DNA of 64,000 nucleotides, taken from positions 558,001 to 622,000 of the forward strand of contig RDEW01000017.1 of assembly GCA_011109175.1 (NCBI GenBank), written 5' to 3'. The DNA is from Dicyema japonicum. Its lineage: Eukaryota > Animalia > Dicyemida. A program made the position numbers and the translations under genes. A model generated the notes under the pieces. The model ran no database searches and was not told where the DNA came from. It saw only the letters and a program-made list of their open reading frames with translations. This document shows positions 13,383 through 25,425 of this stretch, piece by piece (position 1 is the first letter of the stretch; the number at the start of each line of letters is the position of its first letter).

Positions 13383-13717
13383 ATTGAGAGAAGCCAGGAT
13401 CACCTAATGGTAGTGTTTAATAAATAGTGGTTAATTTTTCTATTATGACTAAGACAGGCATATAGAACGTGAATAATTATTAACTGTTCTAGAATTAATA
13501 ATCAACAATGATTACCTGCTCCTAATCAAGGCTAATTTGTCTTATTTTTAATTTTTAGAATGGATGGAGCACATATCTTAAATGTAGGCTTATTTGACTT
13601 TTCTTCGAATTCATTAAAACTAGGGTCACCTACTACTGCCTTCAGTTCCATTTTGTACGGATTGCAAAGCATTGTTTGAAAAACAAAGATTTTCCGATCT
13701 CAATTTAATTAAGAATA
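13383..13717 (-). repeat. Duplicated segment, copy 2
   Basis: Matches 6348-6657; minus frame MELKAVVGDPSFNEFEEKSNKPTFKICAPS. Confidence 0.8.
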
Positions 13718-13726
13718 GTAACATGT

Positions 13727-16370
13727 TTATTAAGTGGTGTTTTTTAAGCACTCCCGGCAAATCAAAAATTAATTAGATTAATTAAGTTCCCCTTGTGCCA
13801 CGTCCAGTATCCTCCACACATCCTCTTCCATGTTCCCTTGTTCCGGACCATTGCTCGTAGTGAGTCTAGATGTTCACCATTTCGTAGAGTTTTGTTTATT
13901 CGGATTAGGTCATCATTTAGTACTGAAGGCAACGTCACTCTAGGCCTGCTACGGAATGATCCCTGCAGTTGTGCGAAATAGTTCTCCATTGCAATGTTTG
14001 GTGGAGTAAACATATCCATTCGTAAGATGTGACCAAAAAGTCTCCACCTAGCCTTGAGAATCTCCTCTGATAATGGCCTTAAGCCACATCTTTTGTACAG
14101 TTCTGAATTTGATATCTTTTTCGGAAATGTATTCTCAATATGTTTCTTATTGATTTCTATGAAATTGATCCAGATTGTCCATTCCCCGTTTCGTAATCCC
14201 CAATGTCCCACAGTTGTATGTCAGGACTGGAACAACGAATGTTTATATAATTTTAGCTTTGTATTCGTAGTTATGCTCTTCTTAGAAAGCCAGATAGATA
14301 AGAAATTTTATATGCAGCAGTGGATAGGATTTTTTTGTGGGTAACATCTTCTGACTCTCCAAGTAGTGAACCAACTTTTTTATGCCTTCTTTATGATTCA
14401 GCGTAAGTGCGTAGAACTCATAAAAGTTTTGTATATTCAGTTTTGTCTTGGTTGATAACTAAAGGCCTGAAATCTTTCAGTGCAGCCTCCAGGTAGCTTA
14501 TGAATAGAACTGGTGACAAAGAGTCTCCTTGCGGAATTCCACATGAAGTATAAAAGAATTCTGAAGTAGTTTTTCCGAGTTTGGTTGCTAGTTGCGTATT
14601 CTGCAGTAGTTTTGGTATAATTTTGACATCATCCGTTGTTAGGAAGCTTGTGAGTACTTCAAGAAGTTTGCCTCTATGAACTGAGTGTATTCCGAGAACA
14701 TCTATGCACTTTTTATATTTTTTGCATAGAGCACTTGACCATCTGTGTGTCCAAATGACATCGGCAGTGGATCTGCCTGACCGGAAACCACTTTGTCCTG
14801 GTGACAGAAAATACTCCACCTTGTCTTTGATTCTTTCCAATGTAATGATTGACAAGATTTTTCGCAGCGTAGTTAGTAGGATGATTGGTCATAGGTTGGA
14901 AAGGGGCCCTTTAGGTTTTCTCGGTTTTTGCAGTGAAATTAACAAACCCTTACCAATGTCTAACGTAGTGTTTCTTCAAATATTTTGTTGAGTATATTGG
15001 TAATGATTGTTACCAACTTCACTGGGCATACTTTATAAGTTCGACTGGGATATTCTTTGGTCCTGCCGATCTGTCATTTTTCAATTTTTTAATTGCATCC
15101 AGTGTTTCTTGTGTGTTTATTGGGATGTCCAAACCATGCTTGACTTGTGCACCAAATTTATACCCTAGTTCGTTGTCCCAGTTGAGCACATGATAGTAAT
15201 AAGCAGATATAGTAGCTGCTTTGTCCTTTTCATCGATGATTATTCTGCCAAAAATGTCATTGATTATTATGGGGCTTGCACTTTTTTTCTTATTAATTAA
15301 TTGAATAGCTTTGAACAATTTCACTCCATCTTTATATTTTTCAATGTCTTCAATTTGTTTTTCTATTTCTTTAGACGTTAGGGATATCTGAGTTTGCTTG
15401 ATTTTTTAATAATGTTCGGTTTCGTTGTTGCCGAAGTTCCTTGGCCTTTTCTGGAGACATTGAGTTTTCTATCTTCAATCTCAAGGCTTTCTGGTTTTCT
15501 GATAGGACGCAAATATCATGATTGTAAAATTTACGGTTTTTTGTAATACTTCCCAACACATCACATGCTGTACCTTTTTTCGACTTTGTGACTTTGTCCC
15601 AAATAATATGAACAGGTTTAGTTTCGTCGATATCATTAAGTTCAAGATTTAGTTGATACGCATATTTCTGTTGAGTTGACTTGTCATGTAATAATTGGAT
15701 ATCATATTGCTCCTGCTTTTTATTGGAAAATGTTTTTTGGGTTATGGACTTTGATAGTCCAATGCGGGTAACCACAATTTTATGATTACTATCTGTCTCT
15801 AATCCTTCATATGACCTGGGGTCTACGAGATGTTTGTGACCTCGTCTGCATAGTATGTAGTCAATTTGATTATATATTTTTATGTAATTTCCTTGCAAAT
15901 CCTTCCTAGTTCCAGTCCACGTCGTCTTGTGTCTCGCTGGGTGACGAAATGCTGTATTGCACAAAAACAGATCCAAGGAAGTGCAAAAGTTGATTAATGC
16001 CATTCCGGGCGTGTTTCGCCGATTTCTTCCATGAGATCCGATACAAGTTTCTCCAGATCTGGCTTTTACTGCTTTGGCATTCCAGTCCCCGGCAATTAAG
16101 CAAAAATATGAAGAACTGAGGGTTTTGTAAACCCTTATGAGGGCGGAGTAGAATTCGTCTAGTTCTTCTGGATTGGCAGATGCTCTGATTCCAGTCGGGG
16201 CGTATATGTTGATGATTGTCACTGTAGAGTTTGGTTTGCTTCCCCACCGGATTTGCAGTACCGCAATCCTGTCTGTAACGACCACATATGAGATATACGT
16301 CTATACAATGTGTGATGAATAGCAAATCCAAGTCCATAGTGACGACACGTTGTTGGAAGTGGTGTGATCT
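13727..16370 (-). mobile_element. Frameshifted RTE-like LINE (RTE2) lacking its first ~65 codons
   Basis: ORFs 15371-16285 (APE), 15019-15324, 14418-14855 (PQGDSLSP) and 13762-14211 (RWRLFGHILR), colinear with RTE1. Confidence 0.92.
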
Positions 16371-18680
16371 ACAAAAATCTCAGATGGAAAATAAAGAACG
16401 CAAAGAAGACAAAGTATGAAGAATAAAGCACTACGGACAAATCAGGTATGTTTTTTATCTGGACAATCGAATATCAGGAAATTGGGATTAACTGCACGCA
16501 ATGTGAATCATTCGTCCATCTGGGCTACATAAAAATAAGTAAAGCTTGCGCCGAGACGCTGTCGAGTTGGCTGTGCCCCTCTTGCATTGGAATGGAGGTC
16601 CCCAGGCGGGAAAAAATAACTCAGCCAAACTTTACACTGCCACATGCTGACCATACTCTCTTGAAGATATCGAACCTCCGGAAAGCCATGAAGATCTCTG
16701 TAAAAATCCCTAAAGGAGTACGAATTGCCGCAGCAACGTGTCTTTCAGATGCCATTGATCTCGCACTGTCTTCTGACAGTTGGGAATCCTGGTTAAAACT
16801 TATATGCTCTGCACCTGTCGCACTCGGAATACCTACAACAGAATCTGAGGACAATAATAAAAAAACAAACTCCCGACTCAACTTATCCGGGAAACTGAAA
16901 CGAAACATAATGAATTTTAGCTGTATAACATACACGCAATACTTGAACAGCCACTTAATGTCAATGAGGTCGAAACCAGAGGAGCATTCATCAAAGATGC
17001 CCCCAACAAACTAAAGGAGAGAGTAAACCGGAAACTTCTGGAAGGCGACGTGCGGGCAGCCTTACGAGTTATCACATCCGATGACACAGTATTGTCTTGT
17101 ACCCCGAGGTCCTAAATACCTTAATACTAAAGCATCCAGATGCACCGACTGACTATGAAAAGTTTTTGAATCCTGAAGGAACCCAGGAGATAATCATTAC
17201 TGAATCCGAAGTGCGCCACGGAATAACTTCCTTCGCGCTAGCAGCGGTGGAGGCTTGGAAGGGTTACGTCCTGGCCATATTAAGGACCTTACGTCCACTT
17301 ACACCTCGGAAGCTGGACGCTGTCTTGTCAAATCAATTACGGACCTAATCAGAAAAATGGTTAACGGCGACATCCCAAAATATGCCAGAGAATTGCTCTT
17401 CTCTGCAAGGCTACTTGCTTTCAAAAAACCCAACGGAGGAATCCGCCCCATTGCGGTCGGGAACTATTTTAGAAGACTTGCAGCAAAAGTAGCATCGACC
17501 ATGGTGAGCCGACAACTCGGAGAGGAGTTCTTTCCTAAACAAATGGGTGTTAGTATCCAGAACGGATGTGAGGTTGCGGTTCATGCAGCAAGGCGTTTCT
17601 TCACACAGAAAAATATTTCAAATGAATGCATTGGAATCAAGTTGGACATAACGAATGCCTTTAATTCTCTCAGAAGAGACGAAATTATGAAAACGTGTTG
17701 GAAGAGGGCTCCAAAGCTTTTCCCTCTTGTCAATCTATCCTATGGGGAAGATACGTCTTTGGTTTTTGAAAATGAAATTATTAAATCAAAAACGGGTGTA
17801 CAACAAGGAGATCCGCTCGGACCTCTCTTATTTGCCCTGACCATTGATGAGGTTGTGAGATCAATTGATGCTCAGCTAAATCTCTGGTACCTCGATGATG
17901 CCACAATTGGAGATCGTTCAAAGAAACATACAATTCATTACGTAAAGCGTTACCCGCTTTAAAACATTTGGGCTTGGACATCAATGTTAACAAATCAGAG
18001 CTAATAAATGTCTCATATCCATACACCGACTTCCTCTCTATCAAGGAGTCTTTTAACGAACTGCTTCCTGGGATCCCGACTGTGCCAGTTGATAAATTAT
18101 ATTTCCTCGGATGCCCACTCAGCGAATAAGAACTCAAGAACCATCTACTTTTCAAAAATGAAGAATTAACACGCCTTGCTAAAAAATTGTCATGTCTTGA
18201 ATCTCACACATCTTTTCTTCCTATGAGAAACAATATCGGACTACCCATGCTTTTATATCTACTCCGATGTTCACTGCTACGAACAATACGACAATCTACT
18301 TTCGATAGACAAATCTCTCAAGCAAACTGTTGAGTCACTAATTAACGTTCGCTTCGACGAACTTGGTTGGAATCAATGTAAGCTTCCCTCTGGATTTGAG
18401 GGTGTCGGTCTAAGATCGGCGCTGGAGGTTGCGTACCCGGCATATCTATCGTCTCTCTCAAGCTGCTGCCATTTCACGGCAAGTCCTTCATAACACTATT
18501 GGACTTCGCTGGAATGAGTCATTTGACGAAGCTTGTCGGAAATGGAACGGGTCCGGACTCAAAATCCACGAAGACACAACAAAGCAAAGTAATTGGGATA
18601 ACATTGTCTGCTCCAAAATTTTGGAAGACCTCAAAAAAGAAGCAAATCAACATCGTCTGGCTTGTTTGTTGTCAGAGAAA
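16371..18680 (+). mobile_element. CRE-clade non-LTR retrotransposon with N-terminal PHD-like finger, 3' truncated
   Basis: RT motifs GLRPGH, KKPNGGIRPIAVG, KLDITNAFNS, GVQQGDPLGPLLF, YLDD; N-terminal CTQCESFVHLG..WLCPSC. Confidence 0.88.
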
Positions 18681-20149
18681 TATTTCACTGTCTACATCCT
18701 CATAAAAATATTTATTTTTTATCTTCTTCATTAAGAAATGCATCATTACTCCAATCATTATTGTTACCACTTGCCCCAAATTTAATTTGGATAGAGATTC
18801 TCGATAAACAAATTCTGGTCGTTTTTAAAAACAAGAAATCGATTAGATAGTTTAATCTTTAAAATATAAATTGATTCAAGCATAAAATAAAATATTTAAT
18901 TCTAATAAAACTTGCAATCATTTGATCACAAGAGGTAGATTCACCTGACAATGCTTTGATTTTAATTACTTCCTCAGTTTCAATTTCTCTAACCTTCCAT
19001 TTGAATATTTAAAATTGTTAAGCCCATTCTCGAAGAAACAGTTAGTTAAACCCCTTCAAAATGTTTTTTTAAAGAGATGATCTGCAATTAGAGGTCGGAC
19101 TTTAGTTTGAAACGGGAAGTTATAGAATGCATCTTCATGAAGTTTGACTATTGTATTGACGGAAACCATTACAGGAGAGAGTATTTTCAAATGAAGGGTT
19201 ATAATTTTTAAAAATTCAATATGTGAGAGAGATCGCCTAAAGGGGAAGTCGAGATGTTGTATTGACAGGATAGAGAGGCTATGTCTGGAAGGATTTTTTA
19301 TGATCAAACAGACTATTGATAAATTATGAAAGGACAAAATTGAACGGTTGTGCTGTCCAGGGTAACACATAGTACCCCTCCTTTGAAAATTATCGGACGT
19401 TTATGTGTAAACGAATGGAGCTTTATCCCTGATGATAAAAATATTAGCTGCTAATACTATACTAAAGTAATACCCTATTGGAGTGGTGACGGCAGTCAAA
19501 AATGTAAAACCGATGCTCTGGATTATGACTTTATAATCATGGTTCTTTTCAAAGAGGTACCTGAGATCATTTTTGAATTTTCACTAATTCTGTATGATGC
19601 ATGCCTCAAATATATATTCTCGTTCCTGGACAAGTGTTCATCCCACAACGTAAAATATAACCCCTCTTATAACTCCAAAATTTTTAGTAATAAAGTTGTT
19701 CTATGTTTGTGGAAAACCAGAGATCTGATGTATTGCTAAATTACTTGCGAAAATATTAGTAAATAATGAATGGGGTGAAACATAAAAAATTTACACAAAT
19801 AAAATTTATTTAAAACCCAAAGTGGACTCCACTAAGTCTGTATTATAAAGGTCATACACAAAGATAAAAATGATACCAAAATCTGGGAATTTACGTATAA
19901 GAGCATTCGACCCGATTGACAGACATACACCAATGGAGCTACTTAAATAATTTTTGGAAAAGTCGAATTTACGAATTATCAAAATGTTATTGTCAAAGCT
20001 CTTATTATTTGGTAAAATATACTCTAGAAAATTTACGGTAATCGCGGGCACTCATCAATGATCGATCCATAAAATTGTATTTCCAAAAATGCTAAAAGTC
20101 GACCGGTATAGATAGTTGATTCGGTGTAGCATTGGCTTTGACAACGCGA

Positions 20150-20560
20150 ATATTATTATTATTAAAAGCACTCCCGAGAAAACATAAAATTAGTTAAGTT
20201 TCCCTTGTGCCGTATTCCTAGTTATCCTCTCCGTCAGCCTCGACCATGATCCTCCGTTGCGCGCTAGTTCTCTTAGATATTCTAGGTCGTCCGCCATTTC
20301 CATTATAATGTTAGATGCTGTCCACACTCTTGTAACAGGTCCTGATGGACTGCAAATCAGAGATCATAATGTTGGCATGCCGATGAGAGGGTAAAAAGTG
20401 GAATTTTCTAACAGTTCTGTAAATTGTACGGTCGTTTTTGTCTCTTGTAAACAGCAGATAGAGACGTCGTATTTTTTGGATCGCATGCCAGTTGGTGTTT
20501 CTTGTAAGGTTGTTTAAATGAACGGAGAAGTTGGTATTATGCCTATTTTGAGAAAAGCAC
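20150..20560 (-). mobile_element. Internally deleted RTE-like element (APE start joined to 3' end)
   Basis: 3' end AAGCACTCCCG..CCCTTGTGCC matches RTE2 13747-13800; KYDVSICCLQETK at ~20435-20475; (TAA)n tail. Confidence 0.75.
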
Positions 20561-20599
20561 CTGAAAGAACGTTCCCACTTCGAGGAAGAAGGTACTAGC

Positions 20600-20729
20600 C
20601 AAGTCAACTGAGATGTGTTCGTCCTGTCGGCTTGTCAGAACTCGGAAGGGTGGGATCTCCTGCTCTGCTTGTGAAGATTTTTTCCACCTCGGGTGCATCA
20701 AGCTATCCCAAGCCGCAGTTCATCGAGAG
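20600..20729 (+). mobile_element. Second CRE-like 5' fragment (PHD finger)
   Basis: MCSSCRL..GISCSACEDFFHLGCIKLSQA, homologous to GINCTQCESFVHLGYIKISKA at ~16485-16545. Confidence 0.7.
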
Positions 20730-21236
20730 GTAATTTCCGTAGCATACATCCCGATCCACTTTTATCTTCACCTCTTTTAGGCAGGCCATGCTAACTTTGT
20801 ATCGTTCCAAATCTATGCATAAAGTCTCTTGTTTAGTATTCGAAGGGAGTCCTCTGACGTCGAAAGTTGCAATAGTAAACGGAGTAGAATAGGCTGACTG
20901 ATAATAATAAAGCCTTTTCACGAGAGCCATAGTATTTATAGCTCCGCATAGGCAGGACACACACTTTATTTAAGTAAAGAACAGTTAATTTTAACTAATC
21001 GTAGAACCAAGGAATGATCTTCACTTCTTTTTTTCTTTTTCTTGTGTGAGTGTCCTTTCTAGACAATCCAGTTCCGCAGTGAGTATTCACTGATGACGGC
21101 GTCACTCGTCAAACCCTTTCTGCATCGTAGATGCGTGGAACCTTCCACCAGGTGAACAGCAGCGAGATTCGAACCCGTAGCCTAAGCCACTTAAGCCCGA
21201 CACCTAACCACTAACCACTAAGCCACCCGGCTGACT
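20730..21236 (-). mobile_element. RTE 5' end: tRNA-derived head, structured 5' UTR and start of APE ORF
   Basis: A box TGGCTTAGTGG (21215-21225); B box GGTTCGAATC (21166-21175); ATG at 20930 opening MALVKR..FTIATFDVRGL..CLKEVK. Confidence 0.8.
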
Positions 21237-21249
21237 GATAGTATTTCAT

Positions 21250-22200
21250 TTATTTATTTAAAACCCCGGGATCATCAAGAAAGAAAGACAGAAAGTCAGA
21301 CAGTTAGGTAAACCCAGTTCCCTCAATTAATCTGACCATCCAATGTCTGTGGTCTTTCACTGTTCCAACTACTGTAAGAAAGAGCCTTCTCTCATCCCGT
21401 CAGAAGAATCCGATTGAGCAAGGGAACTTTTTAACCAATCGACTGTCTTTTGCCTTGGAAAAGTACAGGCGAAGCGTGTTTCCATCCTTCTCGCAGACCC
21501 GAAGGAATCCGGATCAACCGTTATTAGAGGATTGGCTTTTGATCCAATATGAGGGCCAATCATATGTATGTTTTCTGGAATATCGAGTTGAGTCTGTGGA
21601 GCGTAGTCTCCAATAACGAGAATCTCCATGGAACATAGCCGGCGAGATAGTTTGCTGGTAGTGTGTTGCAACACAAGCATCCAAATTCAAAGGAATCCTC
21701 CGGAAAAGCGCACGTACAACATTTAGCTTTTAGTGAAGATTTTCTAGGCATGGGAGTTGAAATTCAACAATCTGTCAAACGTTAATCAAAGAATTGAGGG
21801 AGACCTTGTTACTAGTATCTGGACAAACCCATTGAAAATTCTTGGATCTTTTTTGGAACGACGATCTGAGGTGAAAAGCGTACATATTGATTTTTCGGAA
21901 GAAAACGTTACTCGGTCAACCAATCGTAGACGGTGTTAACTTTTCACCTGGGAATTAACGATTGCAACTCGCGTCGATCGTGTTGCAACTATTAGGTTCT
22001 CTGCGTAGGATAATAACAAAAAATTTTCTTCTTCGTAATTTGGTAGGTTGTGGAGGAAAAAATCAAAAAATGTCGGAGAACCCTGGAGCACTCCGTTCGG
22101 CAGTAATAGTCACCTTGATCTAAGGTGACCGCCGACAACTCTCCCACATCACCATGCAGTACTCTTCTGTCACGGAACTGTATGGGTTGAGTGGAGTAAC
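21250..22200 (-). mobile_element. 5'-truncated I-group-like LINE (family D)
   Basis: LLPNGVLQGSP..LLSYAEN in minus frames; 3' end GATCCCGGGGTTTTAAATAAATAAA. Confidence 0.75.
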
Positions 22201-22335
22201 ACTAAGGTAAAATATGGTGACACGTCGTCGAGACCAGTATTCAATAACTGTAAAAATCAATTGTTCAGAGATAGTAAAACCCCGACTAACGGAGAAAAAA
22301 ATTAAAAAGTTCACATAATTGGACCAATTTCGGAT

Positions 22336-23806
22336 GGATAATAACAGATAACATGATTTATTCGCAAAACCCCAACTAACTAAACAAGGTAAGAGCCTTT
22401 TACTAAAGAGGAAAGTCAAGATTTGAGGTCGTCTATATCGGGGCACTCTCATGAGACACCGTATGTCTCTTCTCCGTAAAAAGCCCCAATTACAATGCGA
22501 GTTTCTACAAGCAATGTAATAAATCACCGATTCTTCTCGTTTTTCTTTCGTATTCGTCATCAACTTCAGATGCTAAATCCAATCCATGTGCTTCAATTTA
22601 GTTTGACGAATTTTCTAGATAACAGATAACATGATTTATTCGCAAAAACCCCAACTAACTAAACAGCATGATAAATTCGCAAAACCCCAACTAACTAAAC
22701 AAGGTAAGAGCCATTAACTAAAGAGGAAAGCCAAGATTTGGGGTCGTCTATATCGGGGCACTCTCATGAGACACCGTATGTCTCTTCTCCGTAAAAAGCC
22801 CCAATTACAATGCGAGTTTCCACAAGCAATGTAATAAATCACCATTCTTCTCGTTTTTCTTTCGTATTCGTCATCAATTTCAGATGCTAAATCCAATCCA
22901 TGTGCTTCAATTTAGTTTCATTTATAATTAGAACTTCCATCTGGATCGTGCTGGCTATAGCAACCAGCACTGAGGCCCGTTTCCGAAGAGAACGGGCATT
23001 AATCAGGGTTATCCTGACTACTTCTGGTTTTTTCGGTGGCTGCCCTCTCTTCTTAAGAGCACCACTCTCTTCTCTGTGTTGAAGCTTCTACTGTTTCTTT
23101 TTTAGAAGGTTTCTTATTATATGTCGTATTCCAGCCAGTCTGCCCATACATTCTAAACTCTGACTTTAATTTCTTATTCGTTCCAGTTTTGGAAACTTCA
23201 CTTTCTCCATTATGGGCATTTTCTCGTTTTAGAAATAATTTTCCATTCGATTCTTTCCTTTTTTGGTCAATTTTGTTTTGCAATGTTAGCTTCAACAGCC
23301 TTGGGGCATCTTCCATAATTTAGTTTCGTTTATAATTAGAACTTTTATCTGGATCGTGCTGGCTATAGCAACCAGCACTGAGGCCCGTTTCCAAAGAGAA
23401 CGGGCATTAATCAGGGTTATCCTGACTACTTCTGGTTTTTTCGGTGGCTGCCCTCTCTTCTTAAGAGCACCACTCTCTTCTCTGTGTTGAAGCTTCTTTT
23501 TTAGAAGGTTTCTTATTATATGTCGTATTCCAGCCAGTCTGCCCATACATTCTAAACTCTGACTTTAATTTCTTATTAGTTCCAGTTTTGGAAACTTCAC
23601 TTTCTCCATTATGGGCATTTTCTCGTTTTAGAAATAATTTTCCATTCGATTCTTTCCTTTTTTGGTCAATTTTGTTTTTCTTCGCAATGTTAGCTTCAAC
23701 AGCCTTGGGCATCTTCCATAATTTAGTTTCGTTTATAATTAGAACTTCCATCTGGATCGTGCTGGCTATAGCAACCAGCACTGAGGCCCGTTTCCGAAGA
23801 GAACGG
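22336..23806 (-). repeat. Compound tandem duplication containing a LINE APE N-terminus
   Basis: 22336-22607 repeated at ~22617-22915; ~405-bp unit at 22908-23316, 23317-23719 and partial 23720-23806; encodes TLINARSL..LIINETK. Confidence 0.9.
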
Positions 23807-24209
23807 TGATTATTTGAAAACTAAGTCGTATATATTTGTTTATTAGATGTGATTTAATGTATTATGTTGGCTTAAAATAGTTATATTACAATTATTTTAA
23901 AACATAAAGTTTGATTTTATTAAAATGTATAATAATAAAATTACATAATTTTTATTTTTTAATTATTGAATAATTTATCTATATAATTAACTATATTATT
24001 TATATTTAGTCTTCTTGTCTTCTCGTTAATTATTTGAGAGTTTGTGCGTTGATATTGAATTTTTTTTAAATAAATAATTATTTGTTCCATTCGTAGTTGA
24101 AACATCCGGATCTTGCGCTTCAACGCTGGAATTCCTAGAAATTAGGATTTTTACGCGCATATGAGATTTCCGTGAACGCATCTGGCTATTTGACGAATCA
24201 TTCGCCATT

Positions 24210-25298
24210 CCTGAGATGGGATTGTCACGCAGTCGTGGGGTTTGGGGAAGTTAAATCCTTCTCAATGATATGTGTGAGGGTTGTGAGGTGCTTGTCTTAG
24301 TCAGATGGTTACCTCCATGCTGGGTCGAAGGTATTGAGATTGAATCATGTACTTTTTCCAGAACAAGCATTTCGAGGATACTGGTTAAGCACATGTTATA
24401 TCTTGTTCGTGCCAGTTGTCACTACACTAGCAACATAGGGGAATTCAAAAAACAATTATTATTATAATTATCCCAGGATCACTGGGTAAAAGAGAAAGAA
24501 ATAAAAGTTCTCATCTAACTAAGTGATCCCAGACCGACAAAGGAAAGGACGAGTCCGGCGGGGTCGAGAATCCTGAACAGCTCTTCTCATTGGACATGGC
24601 ATCGGCTCAAAATTTATGTATGATAGTAGATAATTCAATAGTGTATGGAATAGAGGGCAGCTCGGTAAAATAGCCTCCTTTAAGAGTTTCCGTTGTAATT
24701 CGATTAAGAAATTTTCAATGGGTTGGATTTAGTGTTCTGGTCCAATTAACATTATTGCAGTCTCCTCGATTGCGGATAGTTTCAATGAGGAGGATCGTGA
24801 AATCTGCATTGCTCATGAAGGACTTGCATACGTCATCGTTGGTCTGATAAATTGTTCATAAATCGTGGCAAGGCCACCAGTTTGGTCTCTAAGTGTTTTT
24901 GAAAGCACTTTTAAAATTCTCATTTTCTTCAAAGCAGAAGTTACTTTGTTTTCAACATGCCGGATAAAGGTGAGTCCCTGATCAAAGGTTACTCCCAGCA
25001 TCTTCGGTGTTTTATTAATAGATCTGATAGCTTCGTTCTTCATAAAAACTTTTTGTTCGATACAGCGCTGTCGTTTGTAGGTGGCAAAAAGTGTGACATA
25101 GGACTTTGTTGTTGATGTGTCGAATCTCCGCTTCGAGAGCCATAGTTCCAGCTTGTCGAGCATTTGTTGAGCAGACTGAGTCGCTGATTGAATGCTTCTG
25201 TTCTTGGAGGCAAGAATGATATCGTAAGCATAGGAGAGAGTTTTCATTACAGGTTTGTGGCATGTCGTTTATGTAGAGATTGAAGAGTTGGGGTGAGG
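24210..25298 (-). mobile_element. I-group LINE family A fragments (5'-truncated copy 24455-25298; older RT piece 24210-24440)
   Basis: High identity to 39690-40530 including 3' UTR GGGATCACTTAGTTAGATGAGAAC. Confidence 0.9.
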
Positions 25299-25425
25299 GA
25301 CAAATAAATAACAAATAAAAAATAAAGGGGATTTCATAAATAAAATGTGTCTATTTTAGATAAATTATTTAATTAATTTTTTTAGATAAATTGACTTTAA
25401 ATTTTTTAAAAACTTAAAATTAATA

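Noticed and set aside
21085-21140. Hammerhead ribozyme suggested by CTGATGA..AAAC
   Set aside because: It lies antisense to the element, lacks a stem II-GAAA junction and stem III/UH, and the CTGATGA is just the complement of the conserved TCATCAG.
21150-21236. Functional tRNA gene
   Set aside because: Duplicated GTGGTTA in the D arm, poor anticodon arm, no T-run terminator, and it is embedded in a repeat family.
22095-22200. Structured RNA / HDV-like fold around the GTCACCTT-GATCT-AAGGTGAC hairpin
   Set aside because: The region is decayed RT coding sequence (LLPNGVLQGSP); no HDV pseudoknot is evident.
22336-23806. CRISPR-like array
   Set aside because: Eukaryotic context; long tandem units without unique spacers; no cas genes.
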